From positions 124,001-188,000 of the IMG/VR virus record IMGVR_UViG_3300029267_004162: DNA of 64,000 nucleotides; one strand, given 5' to 3'. This document shows positions 1-10,438 of the stretch, piece by piece; the stretch's first letter is position 1, and each line of letters starts with the position of its first letter. The position numbers were made by a program, and so were the translations under genes. Under the pieces are notes generated by a model. It was not told where the DNA came from and did not search any database. It saw nothing but the letters and a program-made list of their open reading frames with translations.

Positions 1-510
1 TTTACCCTTTACGCCTTCTCTGATTAACTGCGTTTTCTCAACTTCACTAGGACAAAAATGGTGGGTGGCTATATCTGCCATCAGAACCCGGTTCAGTTCT
101 TCAGGAAAGGGATTGTGCTGATAAGTTCGTAAACCAGCTTCAACGTGTCCAACAACTTCGATCCCGGCCAACTTAGCAGCAAGCCCCATTGCTAGTACAG
201 TTAGTGTGTCACCTTGAACCAGAACCGCATCGATGGTGCCAATGAGTGAAGCTAAGAAATTGGAGCACAAGCGAAGCATTTCACCAAACTGGTGAGCAAG
301 AGTCGGGCTATTCTGATATTGTCTATTCGCTCGGGCATTCAGATAAAAACTTTTAGGTGACTGAATACTGAATTCCTTCAGGAAACTATCCAAATCATCA
401 TGCTGGCCAGTATTCACAAAAGCAACATCGGCACCCCGTTCTTGCAAGGCCAAGTAAACCGGAATCATCTTGATTGCTTCTGGTCTTGTCCCAATAGTAA
501 CTAGAATCAT
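1..510 (-). CDS. wecB: UDP-N-acetylglucosamine 2-epimerase (non-hydrolysing), runs off the window edge
   Basis: Manual translation from ATG at 510: MILVTIGTRPEAIKMIPVYLAL...NTGQH...LVQGDTLT...HVEAGLRTY...PFPEELNR. These are the hallmark WecB motifs. Not in the ORF track because it is open-ended. Confidence 0.93.
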   Translation of the reverse strand, partial: MILVTIGTRPEAIKMIPVYLALQERGADVAFVNTGQHDDLDSFLKEFSIQSPKSFYLNARANRQYQNSPTLAHQFGEMLRLCSNFLASLIGTIDAVLVQGDTLTVLAMGLAAKLAGIEVVGHVEAGLRTYQHNPFPEELNRVLMADIATHHFCPSEVEKTQLIREGVKGK

Positions 511-519
511 CGAACTTCC

Positions 520-762
520 TCAATACACACATACCGTTTTGGGGGAATGGATGGGAACAAGGATAGATGTAGCTCGTTCAGCCGAAGTCAAGGCAGTCTC
601 TTGATGCTGAACCAGTTTCTCGGGGTCTCTCGATGCCACAATTTGGATTTTTTGGCCATTCCAATAAGCTAAGGCGGCACCACCAGGAACTCGTTTTTCC
701 AACTCATCCCGTTGAAACTCAATTACCTCAAGTCCGTAATTGGCATATTCTAAATCATTCAT
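520..762 (-). CDS. hypothetical protein
   Basis: ORF fills the gap between the glycosyltransferase and wecB; likely start MNDLEYA at 762. Confidence 0.5.
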   Translation of the reverse strand: MNDLEYANYGLEVIEFQRDELEKRVPGGAALAYWNGQKIQIVASRDPEKLVQHQETALTSAERATSILVPIHSPKTVCVY

Positions 763-769
763 ACAACAC

Positions 770-2947
770 CTATTGATGCCATTTAATGGCTTGCAATACG
801 GCTTCAGATAAATCCTGATCAAAGGTGGGGTTCAAGTCCACCGATTCTCGGACGGTCATATGCATGTTAGTATGACATCGTTCCATAGCCTCAGCAATCG
901 ATTCCACTGACACAACAACTTCGGGAAAGATAATACCATCTTCACGAGTAACCAGTTTGTCCACTTTGATCAACTCCCCATACTTGGGGGTGATGAATTC
1001 GTTCATAGGAGGATGGTCTGTTGTCACCGTAGGAATACCGGCGAATATAGCTTCAGGTAAACACAGTCCCAAACCATCTAATTTAGAGGGGTATACGTGA
1101 ATAGCACCTAAGTTATATGGAAGCAAAAGGTCATCTTCCGTACTCTCTTCTATCCAGGTGATGGAGGAATCGCGTTCGTTCAATACTCGTTGACACTCCA
1201 AAGGTAGTTTGTCTCTGCTGGTCTGACACCAAATTCCCAATGTCCATTCGGGGTGTTCCTGGAGCAGTTTATCAAAAGCTAAGATCAGTTTATCTGTTCC
1301 CTTGCGGTAATTGATTCCTAACCAACCAGCATTGTGAACAAAAGTAAACCTCCTATTACGAGTCACACGTTCGAGGGGTGTGTAATAGCCCTCAAGGCCC
1401 TGGGCATCAAACCGCCAGTCCAGTTTGACATAATTGCACAGTCCTTTGATTTGAGCGGAAGCCCATTCAGTGGAGGTCAACACCAGATCATAGATGTTGA
1501 GAGCGGGCTTCCAATCCTCCTTGAAATAATCCAAGTAGGTCATAACCAAACAGTGGCCACGAAGCACAAACGGCAAGGAGAAATCATACTCCTCGTTGAA
1601 TATGACCACATCGAGGTTGTTTGCTTTCACCCAATTCAACAAATCCGTTGGCTTGATCTGATACTGGGGATAAGACGTAATCCTGGGATGTGCCCATTTA
1701 CCTGTGGTTATCGGTGGTTTGTCCTCACCATGCACACCTCCGGTTCTGGCCAAGATGTAGGTTTCAATCTGAGGGTGTCTCTCCAAAGCGCCCGCCATCA
1801 TCCTAGCTACATAAGATTGGCCACGTTCAAACCAGATGTTCACAAACCCTACACGATAAGGAGTGTTTCGACGCGATAAAAGAGGCTTGCGTCTCTTGTA
1901 TGAGGATACGACACGACCAGCATGAGCTAACTTGGTAATATTAGAACCCATTACCGCAGCTTGAACGATGTTCTCTACTTCAGCAGGACTCTCCGTAAAT
2001 ATCTTTGGCGGTATCTCCTGCACCTGTAACGCTACGGAGGGTTCTTCTTTTTGAGGAACAGGGAGTTTTTCTTTTCCTAGTGCGATCCTCTTTATGATGG
2101 AGAGGAATTGTTTGCACTTATTGGAATACGTATGAGTATCCCAGACTTCCGTCTGCCCAGCAGCCGCAGTTCTAGCGAAATCAATGGTCTTATTTGAGAG
2201 AGCTTCGACTACATCATCGGGAGAATGAACTACCACATGAGAAGGTAATTGTGATGCGGAGAGGGGTTCGGTCAGTAAACAAGCACCACAACCCGTAACT
2301 TCAAAAACACGAGTCTCGGTGTTGATTCGTTTCGAGCAGTGGATGTTCAAAAAGAACTGACAGTTCTTGATGAATTTGAACATCTCATCGCCCTCTGTTC
2401 GTCCTCCCTTTTTCCAATTAGCTGGCAGCATAATCTGAAAGTGCTTGCTTATCTGATCGATCCATTCAATCCGACGAGGTGTGGGGTGCCCAACGAATCC
2501 AACCTGAAAGGGTCTCTTTTCCCATTTCGGGCCTTTAACTTCTCGACCAACACTTACACCATAGCTGGGAGCACACACCACACGAGGATGGAGGGTTTGC
2601 ATGTACTCTAAGCAAGAGGGTTCGTGGACAGCAAGAATATCAAAAGCAGCAAGGTTCTGCTGGAGCTGTTTCAGTTTAAGATCGGCAAGGTCATCCTCCG
2701 ATCCATCAGGTAGTAATTCGCTGTACCAATTGATTGTAATACCAGACAGACCCTGAATCCAATTTGGGTTAACTCCATCTCCCTTAATAAACAACTGTAT
2801 ATCGGCTACTTGGGCCTGTTGTATGTAATCTTTTGACTGGCGAGTGTCAAAAGTATTAACCTCTACACCCAGACTCCGAAATCCTTCTGCCATTCCCGCT
2901 TCAGTAGACGCCGGATTAGCAAAACTACCGAACATGTTAATTTTCAA
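770..2947 (-). CDS. two-domain glycosyltransferase (CgeB-like N-half plus GT-B/GT4-like C-half)
   Basis: N-half: GFVGHPTPRR...LNIH...RVFEVTGCGACLLT...HTY. C-half: RKGTD...YPSKLDGLGLCLPEAIFAGIPTVTTDHPPMNE. Confidence 0.85.
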   Translation of the reverse strand: MKINMFGSFANPASTEAGMAEGFRSLGVEVNTFDTRQSKDYIQQAQVADIQLFIKGDGVNPNWIQGLSGITINWYSELLPDGSEDDLADLKLKQLQQNLAAFDILAVHEPSCLEYMQTLHPRVVCAPSYGVSVGREVKGPKWEKRPFQVGFVGHPTPRRIEWIDQISKHFQIMLPANWKKGGRTEGDEMFKFIKNCQFFLNIHCSKRINTETRVFEVTGCGACLLTEPLSASQLPSHVVVHSPDDVVEALSNKTIDFARTAAAGQTEVWDTHTYSNKCKQFLSIIKRIALGKEKLPVPQKEEPSVALQVQEIPPKIFTESPAEVENIVQAAVMGSNITKLAHAGRVVSSYKRRKPLLSRRNTPYRVGFVNIWFERGQSYVARMMAGALERHPQIETYILARTGGVHGEDKPPITTGKWAHPRITSYPQYQIKPTDLLNWVKANNLDVVIFNEEYDFSLPFVLRGHCLVMTYLDYFKEDWKPALNIYDLVLTSTEWASAQIKGLCNYVKLDWRFDAQGLEGYYTPLERVTRNRRFTFVHNAGWLGINYRKGTDKLILAFDKLLQEHPEWTLGIWCQTSRDKLPLECQRVLNERDSSITWIEESTEDDLLLPYNLGAIHVYPSKLDGLGLCLPEAIFAGIPTVTTDHPPMNEFITPKYGELIKVDKLVTREDGIIFPEVVVSVESIAEAMERCHTNMHMTVRESVDLNPTFDQDLSEAVLQAIKWHQ

Positions 2948-2949
2948 CG

Positions 2950-3639
2950 TTATGCCCCTTCCGGTTGAGAATTAGCACTAGAGGAAACTACAATCAGGTT
3001 AGCTCCATCTGGATTGATCTGGACGAAGTTAGAAATGGCAATGTTGTTGGAGAAACCAGTAACGATGAAACCTACGGTTGCTAAAGCGTGATCTATTGCC
3101 AGGTGATCTAGTAAAACGACAGTTTCTGCTCGATTCTGATAGGCTCCAAACGCAATCAAAGCCTGATCATGGGTACCGCTAATTAGGAGAACATCGCTAG
3201 AGGGGACTTCTTCTGGGAATGGAAGGGTTCGCAGGAGACTAAGTTCTGGGCTACAGTGATTTGACGTCCCCTCCAAAACAGGACGATATTTATCGATACT
3301 ATCCTGATCGGTCGTTAGTATCACAACCTCAGCAGCTATTTGAGCTAGATACAAAGACCATTTGTCAAAGCCAATTTGAACGACGTGTTTTTTTGCACAC
3401 AAACTAGCTAAAAACACCACGTCTTTACGGGTACTCCCCTCAACCACAGCGCACGAAAAAGGGTCAAAGCTGTTTGTGGGCTGCTTAGTTGTAGTCACGG
3501 CTCCCTCTACTGCTGGAGCAGCGGTTATCATGTCCTGTGAATTAGTGCCTACTCTTTCCAGAGATAAGCCCAGATTCTCTTCCGGGGATTTACTAGATTG
3601 GATAACTTTAGCCATAGGACCAGTACCAATTCGCGGCAA
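2950..3639 (-). CDS. hypothetical protein, possible degenerate class I methyltransferase fold
   Basis: HVVQIGFDKWSLYLAQIAAEVVIL resembles the VLEIGxGxSTxxLA segment but lacks the glycine loop. Confidence 0.35.
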   Translation of the reverse strand: MPRIGTGPMAKVIQSSKSPEENLGLSLERVGTNSQDMITAAPAVEGAVTTTKQPTNSFDPFSCAVVEGSTRKDVVFLASLCAKKHVVQIGFDKWSLYLAQIAAEVVILTTDQDSIDKYRPVLEGTSNHCSPELSLLRTLPFPEEVPSSDVLLISGTHDQALIAFGAYQNRAETVVLLDHLAIDHALATVGFIVTGFSNNIAISNFVQINPDGANLIVVSSSANSQPEGA

Positions 3640-3640
3640 T

Positions 3641-4441
3641 TTACATCTCCCTAAACCAGCCCGTTAAAACGGGTTCCAAGATTGCGTTCTTTGCAGACAG
3701 ATCCATACCGTTATTATCGATTACCAGATCAAACTCTTCATCTTTCATTTCCTCAACTGCCGTTTCGGACAAATGAGTGTCGGAGAACAAAGATCTCATG
3801 AGCCTAATCTTTTTATGGTTGGGATGACAACAAACTTCATTTGGAAAACGAGCATCAGTGACCAAAGCTAACTTGGTCCCTTTCTTCTCATCTCGTTGAA
3901 TATCCGTCAGAAGAGCGTTGATAAAAGATTCACTGAGCAAAGCTCGAACCATGTCGGTTCCAAATACCTGCATCAGTCTCCTATTAGACATTGACCCGAT
4001 TCGCAGACCGTTGGGGTGTCCGGCCCGTGGGGTAACGAAGAAGGATTCTTGATCATGAAGTGAACACTTTGACAAGTCAGCGTATTGGGCGCGAATTGAA
4101 GTCGGCAGATTATCCCATACACAATTACTGGGGGCGTTCTTCTCTTCATCAGTCCCCCACAGCCCCCCGCGAGTAGTCATTTGTGTTCGCTCAAGAAATT
4201 CCTTCAGGGCCGTGGCATAACTATACGTCTTGACCACTCCAGAGAATAACCCCTCTCTAAGTATTTGAACTTCGGAAATAGAAATGGTTCTACCCGCCCC
4301 TGTAGTTAGAGTCAAACATCCGTTCTGATCAATCTCAAAATCACGGATTAGTTGCTGTTGTTTTAGATAAAGACCTGCCGCCAAATTGGCGGAACTATTT
4401 TTACCACTCTGCTTTTTACCAGCGAAAACAATTACCATCAA
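3641..4441 (-). CDS. deoxynucleoside monophosphate kinase (phage dNMP kinase family)
   Basis: P-loop AGKKQSGKN, SYATALKE, RRLMQVFGTDMVR, VTDARFPNE, HLSE. Confidence 0.85.
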   Translation of the reverse strand: MMVIVFAGKKQSGKNSSANLAAGLYLKQQQLIRDFEIDQNGCLTLTTGAGRTISISEVQILREGLFSGVVKTYSYATALKEFLERTQMTTRGGLWGTDEEKNAPSNCVWDNLPTSIRAQYADLSKCSLHDQESFFVTPRAGHPNGLRIGSMSNRRLMQVFGTDMVRALLSESFINALLTDIQRDEKKGTKLALVTDARFPNEVCCHPNHKKIRLMRSLFSDTHLSETAVEEMKDEEFDLVIDNNGMDLSAKNAILEPVLTGWFREM

Positions 4442-4446
4442 GGCTC

Positions 4447-4866
4447 CTACATCACAGGACGCGAAGTTACTGGAATGGAATTGATTCTGTCCTGATCAAA
4501 ACTGAAATTGGAGCAATGGTCATTGTTCGGGGGTTGACGGCCATCAGATAACTGTGCTCTTCCATCTAGAGCTTCAACCGTTGGCCAACCAACTAAACCA
4601 CCGGATCGCTGCAGGATAGTGGGAGGATAGGCACTGGAAAGATTACCCTGACTGCCAAGGTTTTGAGTCGGCGCCTCATGGACACACCTACCAAAAGTTC
4701 CTTGCACCCTCTTAAAATAACGACAATTCCCACAATCCCTTTGAATTTCTTGACCTTTCATGGTAGTGGTGAATTGAGGAGCGGGAGCGACACTACTCGC
4801 AAGCTCCTTGGTAAACTTGAATCGAAAGGTATCTTTTGATGGTAGTTGGTTATCATCGATACTCAT
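4447..4866 (-). CDS. hypothetical protein with CxxC motif
   Basis: CGNCRYF...GRC...WPTV...C pattern; tightly packed gene. Confidence 0.55.
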   Translation of the reverse strand: MSIDDNQLPSKDTFRFKFTKELASSVAPAPQFTTTMKGQEIQRDCGNCRYFKRVQGTFGRCVHEAPTQNLGSQGNLSSAYPPTILQRSGGLVGWPTVEALDGRAQLSDGRQPPNNDHCSNFSFDQDRINSIPVTSRPVM

Positions 4867-4869
4867 GAG

Positions 4870-6147
4870 TTATCTCCGAAGCCGAAGGGCTTTTTTGACT
4901 TGTGGTGGTAGCACTACACCGGTTTCTCTAACTGCTTTAGCGGTTGCTGGTTTCCACTTCTCAGGAGAAACGTGGAGTTTGATTACCCGACGAGAAGCGT
5001 TAATTCTCTTGGTTTGCGAATTTTTCCAAACCTCTATGGTGTCCATTCGGCCAACAAATGCAGTATCCTGTAAGGGTTTTATCAAAAACGCACTAGCAGT
5101 TGGACGAAGATCAAACTGACGATTGAGATACCATTTGCCCTTCTCTAGTTCCGAGTATGAAACAGTGGTGGATTCCTTTTGCGTCTTTACTTTCTTCTTT
5201 GCTTGCTCAATTACTTCATTCAGTTGTTTGGGAGTTGCAAGCACCCATTCATGTCGATGTTCCAACAGGAATTTTCGAATGACTGACTTCCTCTTACCAC
5301 CCTCCATCGTTACCACTCTGGCCCTAATTCGATCTCCGGTCGGGTTTCCTGTATTCCCGTTTTCACGAGGTTGGATGGCGAATAGACCAGATACCGTGGG
5401 ACTAACATACCATTTCCCCTTTAGTAATTCACGGCTTTCCTCAGCAATTAGGAATTCCTTGGGAACCCATTGCGTGGAATTATCGTAGAATTTAACAAGA
5501 CATTTCTGCTTTCCTACTTTCTTTACCGCCACATCCCAGGGGTGAGATTTGGAAGTGCCCTTTTTCACGGGCGTGAGAACAACACTTTTTTCTATTTTTG
5601 AGGTGAAAAATACAAAGACCGTTTGACCAACTTCAAACTGCTTCCATTCCTCTACATCAATAGGGTCGGGACCCGTGTGAGCATAAATCAATTCCTGACG
5701 GAGTAATTCTGGGGCTCCTTTTTTAAACTGAACCAGAAAACCTTTACCACTGACGATCTTGGTTATTTTTCCTTCCCAGGCATGAGCACCCTGGTCTCCC
5801 TTACTGGCGTAGTAGTATTCCTTATTCTTTGTTTCTTCTCGGACAACATATAGTACGGCCTTGCTACCAACTTTCCATTCATCCCCCGAACTAAGAATGG
5901 GACCGGCAGGAGGTCTTACAAGAGGAAAATGAGCAGGAGGTTCATGATCCCAACGACTATCATAAGGAGATATTCTACGACGAGCCCATCTAGCCACAGG
6001 CGCCTCCTTTCTAACATGACGACGAAGCTGATAGGAAGGAATCCATAGATTCGACTTCCAGTAATCGGTTTGGTAATTCCCCTCTTGCTCCAAACCCGCA
6101 GGAGAATCAGGAGCCAATAATTTTAGCAAAGCAGGTAAAAATTGCAT
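4870..6147 (-). CDS. basic hypothetical protein with repeated SH3/Tudor-like segments
   Basis: 425-aa ORF; WKVGSKAVLY...WEGKITKIVSGKGFLVQF and FEVGQTVFV...CLVKFYDNSTQWV. Confidence 0.55.
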   Translation of the reverse strand: MQFLPALLKLLAPDSPAGLEQEGNYQTDYWKSNLWIPSYQLRRHVRKEAPVARWARRRISPYDSRWDHEPPAHFPLVRPPAGPILSSGDEWKVGSKAVLYVVREETKNKEYYYASKGDQGAHAWEGKITKIVSGKGFLVQFKKGAPELLRQELIYAHTGPDPIDVEEWKQFEVGQTVFVFFTSKIEKSVVLTPVKKGTSKSHPWDVAVKKVGKQKCLVKFYDNSTQWVPKEFLIAEESRELLKGKWYVSPTVSGLFAIQPRENGNTGNPTGDRIRARVVTMEGGKRKSVIRKFLLEHRHEWVLATPKQLNEVIEQAKKKVKTQKESTTVSYSELEKGKWYLNRQFDLRPTASAFLIKPLQDTAFVGRMDTIEVWKNSQTKRINASRRVIKLHVSPEKWKPATAKAVRETGVVLPPQVKKALRLRR

Positions 6148-8066
6148 TATGGTACCAGAACTTGGTTGTTGGTAGGAACGGGAATGATCCCCGCCCCACC
6201 GGAGATAGTGTTTTGAACATCCATACTGGCCCCACCTAAAAGATAATTTACACCAGTGACCATGCCAATTCCCTTGACATTGTATTTACCTGCGACTACT
6301 CTCAATACCGCATTCAACAAGTTCAGAGTACCAGTTACATCGAAGCCATCTCCACTGACTGAGCTAGCATCAGACAACCCCAAGGCCAGGACACCACCCG
6401 GCTGAACAATTCCGATATCCCCGGTTTGAGATTCCAGGATACTCAGACTAACATTGGCAGTGCCGATTACTGAAAGTGCACGAGCAGAGCCGGCTGCAAT
6501 AATCCGACCATTAGCCAAACTAAAGTTAGTACCAGAGGCCACTTCAACTGTGTCCTGATTTCCTCGTGCTTGGAATTGGACATTACCCCCAAGGGCAACC
6601 GTACCCATCTGTAAATCAAGGGCCTTGTTATCCCCGAAGTGAATAATAATAGAATCAGTACCCTCATATATTTGAGCACTAGCGTTGACCACCGAAATAC
6701 AGGGATAAGCATTGTGGGTGCTCTGAATGTTCACTCGGCGAGGGTAAAGACGACAAGGAGCAGACCCAGAAGCGGTGATAACCGGCCCACCCGAACTAGC
6801 AAACAGGATCAGGTTTTCCAGATACACGGTGTTGTCAGAAAGAGTACCCCCGACTGGTGCCCATGTGTGGTACCCAGTCAACTCCACAGCTCGGGTAGTA
6901 GGTCCCATCAGGTTAATGCCTGGTTGCAGGGTCAGGTTCTCGGCATACTGACCAGGTAGGATGTAAACGGTAGCAGGCTTACTGCCACCATAACCGTCTA
7001 AACCAGCCTTTGTAATGGCTTCCTGAATCAAACCAAAGGTATCGTTTATTCGACCTGTTGCGCCCTGAGCAGCTAATCTGCCCATTGTAGAAACAAAATA
7101 CAGCCCCTCTGTGGCATGCGAATCCAAATCAATGAGCGTTCCAGCTATGTTGGAAACAGGCAAACTCCCCGACAGGGGATAGAGGCTGCCGATCACCAAA
7201 GCACCGGTGCTGGTTTTAGTGATGATAGGATTAGACCCAGAATCAATCTGGGATCCCTTCATAATACCCCCAGATGTCCCGATCATCAAAATTTGACCAA
7301 GGCAGGAGTGGTTTGTCAAATCAAATTCGCAGGTTCCCTGCACATCAATGGAGGTACCTGAATTACTGGCCGCGTTGGTTTGACTGTTAGAGCCATTCAA
7401 CTTACATCCATTTTGTAACAGCACAGCCGGACCAGAGGAGGTGTTATTCCAACTCACATTTTCATGAACTACGAGACTACCCGTTCCAGAATTGGTGGCC
7501 AAGAGAGCCGGGTTAACACTGGCAGACGTAACCTCGCAATTGAACATGTGAAATTGTTGGACGTTGGTTCCGATGAACTGAACAGGAGCACCTATCCCAT
7601 AGTTGATGTCTATGCCAGACCAAGCTGTCACATTAGTTGCACCAGCAAGATCAATTGTAAGGAACCCTGATAGTCTGGTTAGGTTGACTTTTTGTCCAAC
7701 CGTAGCAACGACCGAAATTCCAGGGTGCATGGTGATGTTTTCGGCGTAGTTCCCTGGCTTAACCAGAACGGTGGCTGGGCTATTAAAGTTATGCCCATCG
7801 GTGACCGCTTGATCGATAGCTGCCTGAATGGTGACAAAAGGATCACCTAGGTCTAAACCAACCACATAACGAGCCAAACCAGTTAGCTTGGTTCTTTCGG
7901 CAGATGTAAGAACATTGCCCGATCCTGCATCGGCGAGAGCATCCAGAACAGTTTGATTGGCGTGAAGGTGTTGATCGGTAAGAAGATCACCGAAAGTAGT
8001 CTCGTTAAGGTCACTACTTAAAGTCCCGATCTTTAATGCATCGACTTGAAAAGGTTGCGCTGCCAA
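6147..8066 (-). CDS. putative tail spike/fibre with two pectin-lyase-like beta-helix modules
   Basis: Duplicated motif TIQAAIDQA...VLVKPGNYAENITMHPGI and LIQEAITKA...VYILPGQYAENLTLQPGI; rich in G/S/T/N. Confidence 0.65.
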   Translation of the reverse strand: MAAQPFQVDALKIGTLSSDLNETTFGDLLTDQHLHANQTVLDALADAGSGNVLTSAERTKLTGLARYVVGLDLGDPFVTIQAAIDQAVTDGHNFNSPATVLVKPGNYAENITMHPGISVVATVGQKVNLTRLSGFLTIDLAGATNVTAWSGIDINYGIGAPVQFIGTNVQQFHMFNCEVTSASVNPALLATNSGTGSLVVHENVSWNNTSSGPAVLLQNGCKLNGSNSQTNAASNSGTSIDVQGTCEFDLTNHSCLGQILMIGTSGGIMKGSQIDSGSNPIITKTSTGALVIGSLYPLSGSLPVSNIAGTLIDLDSHATEGLYFVSTMGRLAAQGATGRINDTFGLIQEAITKAGLDGYGGSKPATVYILPGQYAENLTLQPGINLMGPTTRAVELTGYHTWAPVGGTLSDNTVYLENLILFASSGGPVITASGSAPCRLYPRRVNIQSTHNAYPCISVVNASAQIYEGTDSIIIHFGDNKALDLQMGTVALGGNVQFQARGNQDTVEVASGTNFSLANGRIIAAGSARALSVIGTANVSLSILESQTGDIGIVQPGGVLALGLSDASSVSGDGFDVTGTLNLLNAVLRVVAGKYNVKGIGMVTGVNYLLGGASMDVQNTISGGAGIIPVPTNNQVLVP

Positions 8067-8076
8067 GGGCGATCTC

Positions 8077-9042
8077 CTAAGTAAGGGCCTGCATTCCCTT
8101 AGTGAATGTGCTACTGGATTTCTTCATAATCGTTTTGAGAGCTTTATTGGGTGGTCTGGTAGGTGGTCGTTTAACCTGAGGTAAATTAGACCGCTTAATT
8201 CGTTTCAGCCGACGAGCCACTTTCTTTAGGATTTCTTCTTTTTTTGTTCTAGCCTCGCCCTTCCGTTGTTGGGCAGTCTTTGGAACGGGGGGCTTGGGCT
8301 GTTTCGCGTATTGTTCCCCTCGGCGTTTCCACCAAGTACGATTATAGACGCGATGACGACGTTTATGGCGTCTGTAGTCCTGCCTTCTCTTTCTATTTCG
8401 TTTCAATTCTTCCGATGTCTGGGGAGTGGTCCTGGCTCGCATCATCTTGCGATACCATTTTAGTCTCTCTGACCTAGTTTTCTTTTTGCGGAACCACGCC
8501 TTGCTAGACAACTCTGTTTTCCCCGTCTCTTCCATTTCATCGAGACGAGTGTAGTAATCAGGCAACTCGCGTAAATGTGCCCAAGCTATCTTCCCGATTA
8601 CCTTTAGATCGGTGGAAACATCAAAGTGTTCTGTTTCTACTTCCAACCCACGTCTAAATTCGGAAAGAGAAATTCCTGCCTTAGCTAGGTTAAACCCAAT
8701 TTTATGGGCAATGTCCGCAGCTTCTTGTGGAGTAATTTCTAACTCGGCTGTGACTGATACACGGAGAAGACCTTGAATTTTGCCAATGTTTTCCTTTACC
8801 TGGTCATCCTTACTACGTAAACGCAACAGGACTTTTTTATAACCTTCTAACCCATCTCGATCAGCCTGCTTCAAGTAGTATTTGTCAGAATGTTTGTCGA
8901 ATTCGATCAACATGATTTCGTCTTGAAGACGAAATATCTCCATGGCATCTCGTGGAGAATACAACCGTTTGATGGCCGTATACGCATTGGGCATCAAAGC
9001 AGGAAATTTGTTGTTCGAAACCAGGTCTTGAAAAGTTTGCAA
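8077..9042 (-). CDS. DUF5661-like domain protein with Arg/Lys-rich C-terminal tail
   Basis: EFRRGLEVETEH...KIAWAHLRELPDYYTRLDEME, followed by ~140 very basic residues. Confidence 0.7.
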   Translation of the reverse strand: MQTFQDLVSNNKFPALMPNAYTAIKRLYSPRDAMEIFRLQDEIMLIEFDKHSDKYYLKQADRDGLEGYKKVLLRLRSKDDQVKENIGKIQGLLRVSVTAELEITPQEAADIAHKIGFNLAKAGISLSEFRRGLEVETEHFDVSTDLKVIGKIAWAHLRELPDYYTRLDEMEETGKTELSSKAWFRKKKTRSERLKWYRKMMRARTTPQTSEELKRNRKRRQDYRRHKRRHRVYNRTWWKRRGEQYAKQPKPPVPKTAQQRKGEARTKKEEILKKVARRLKRIKRSNLPQVKRPPTRPPNKALKTIMKKSSSTFTKGMQALT

Positions 9043-9051
9043 GAGACTGCC

Positions 9052-9252
9052 CTACCTACCTCTTAGCTTTCGAGCCGCGGAAAGAAGGGTCTGGGCTTTG
9101 TGTTCTAAAGCCGCAGCTACGGTTAGTCTTCTGGGTCGTTTCTTAGCGGCTGCTGCTTCTCGATTCCTCTTCACCTGTTTCAGTCGTTTCTGAATCTTTC
9201 TTCGGGTAGGACTTATTGCCCTTTTCAGCCTTTTGAATACGCTACTTTCCAT
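9052..9252 (-). CDS. small basic protein
   Basis: 66 aa, K/R-rich, tightly packed. Confidence 0.55.
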   Translation of the reverse strand: MESSVFKRLKRAISPTRRKIQKRLKQVKRNREAAAAKKRPRRLTVAAALEHKAQTLLSAARKLRGR

Positions 9253-9261
9253 CGTATTTAC

Positions 9262-10089
9262 CTACTTTCTAAACCAAGGACAAATTGATTTGGGACGAGG
9301 GGTCGGAGATGGAATGGGTTCTGATCCATCCTCTATCTTACGACAAACCCAAAAATCATCAGCGTAGCAGCTATCGTCTACCATCGCAAAAGGAATGTAG
9401 CAATAGCCATCAGCGCCCCAGTTAAGCCCCCAAGAATTCCTGACGATGTACAATTTTGATACCATGTCGTACCCCACCAATAACATGGCGTGCCCTCCAT
9501 GGGCACTCTCGTCTGAACCAGGAACAGCAACTACACCATCAGAACCGGTTCGATAAAAGGATTCATACAGCATAATCCCAAAACTGACAGGAAATCCCTC
9601 CGCCAAAACAGTAAGCAGATCACGCCCAGTACGAACTCGCGTGTATTCCAAAGCCTGATACCTCTGGGCTTGGGTATAACACTTTTTAAGGGGCTTATTC
9701 TTCCACTTATCCGACTGATAAGGCCACATGCGTTCATCGCACGCCCCATCAGTAGCTAGGCTCTTGAATACGTCCCGTAGATGAGCACCACTGTCCACAT
9801 TCTTATGAGTTCGAGAGTTGTAATAGACGAATAGCCTACTAAAATCGTCTATCTCAGACGCAGTTTCAGTGATAACATCCAAATATTCCAGGGCTGCCGT
9901 TACCGCCTGAGCAGTACAAGACCCAATTCGTCCCTGATCGTCTGGAGAAGAGAAGTGTTGTCTGAGATCAACCTGCTTGGGCAAACGAATAGAGCGAAGG
10001 CCGTATTGTTGATGATACCATTTGTCCCGTGCATCGGGTACATCAGGTATCCAGCCAAGAGGAATTTCCATTAGTTCTTCGGGGGTCAT
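9262..10089 (-). CDS. papain-family (C1A) cysteine peptidase
   Basis: VDLR...DQGRIGSCTA (Gln/Cys), GGHAMLLVGYD (His), VRNSWGLNWGADGY (Asn). Confidence 0.93.
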   Translation of the reverse strand: MTPEELMEIPLGWIPDVPDARDKWYHQQYGLRSIRLPKQVDLRQHFSSPDDQGRIGSCTAQAVTAALEYLDVITETASEIDDFSRLFVYYNSRTHKNVDSGAHLRDVFKSLATDGACDERMWPYQSDKWKNKPLKKCYTQAQRYQALEYTRVRTGRDLLTVLAEGFPVSFGIMLYESFYRTGSDGVVAVPGSDESAHGGHAMLLVGYDMVSKLYIVRNSWGLNWGADGYCYIPFAMVDDSCYADDFWVCRKIEDGSEPIPSPTPRPKSICPWFRK

Positions 10090-10098
10090 GCCGGACTC

Positions 10099-10428
10099 CT
10101 AGGCAGCACCACCAGCAGCATCTATCCAACCACTACCGTCCCAGTAATTGGGGATTCCGGTGCTGGTATTAAAGAAAGAATAACCCACGGGTGGAGTAGC
10201 GGGACGGGTAGCGGGAAGGCCACTAGGATACAATTCTTCTTGGGCAACGCCACTAAGAGCACTGGTATCAAAACTGATAACCGCCAGTACACCATTAGTA
10301 ATCAGTCCATCCACTTCTGGATCAGACCGCAGAGCATCAAGAATGGTGGCTTGTTGACCTATGGCAATCTCGGTGGGATGGGCTTTTGAACAAAAAATGG
10401 GAATCGTACTAATGTTCTCTACGATCAT
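10099..10428 (-). CDS. probable virion structural/decoration protein
   Basis: TRPATPPVGYSFFNTSTGIPNYWDGSGWIDA, a motif typical of tail-fibre/decoration proteins. Confidence 0.55.
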   Translation of the reverse strand: MIVENISTIPIFCSKAHPTEIAIGQQATILDALRSDPEVDGLITNGVLAVISFDTSALSGVAQEELYPSGLPATRPATPPVGYSFFNTSTGIPNYWDGSGWIDAAGGAA

Positions 10429-10438
10429 GGGAATTTTC

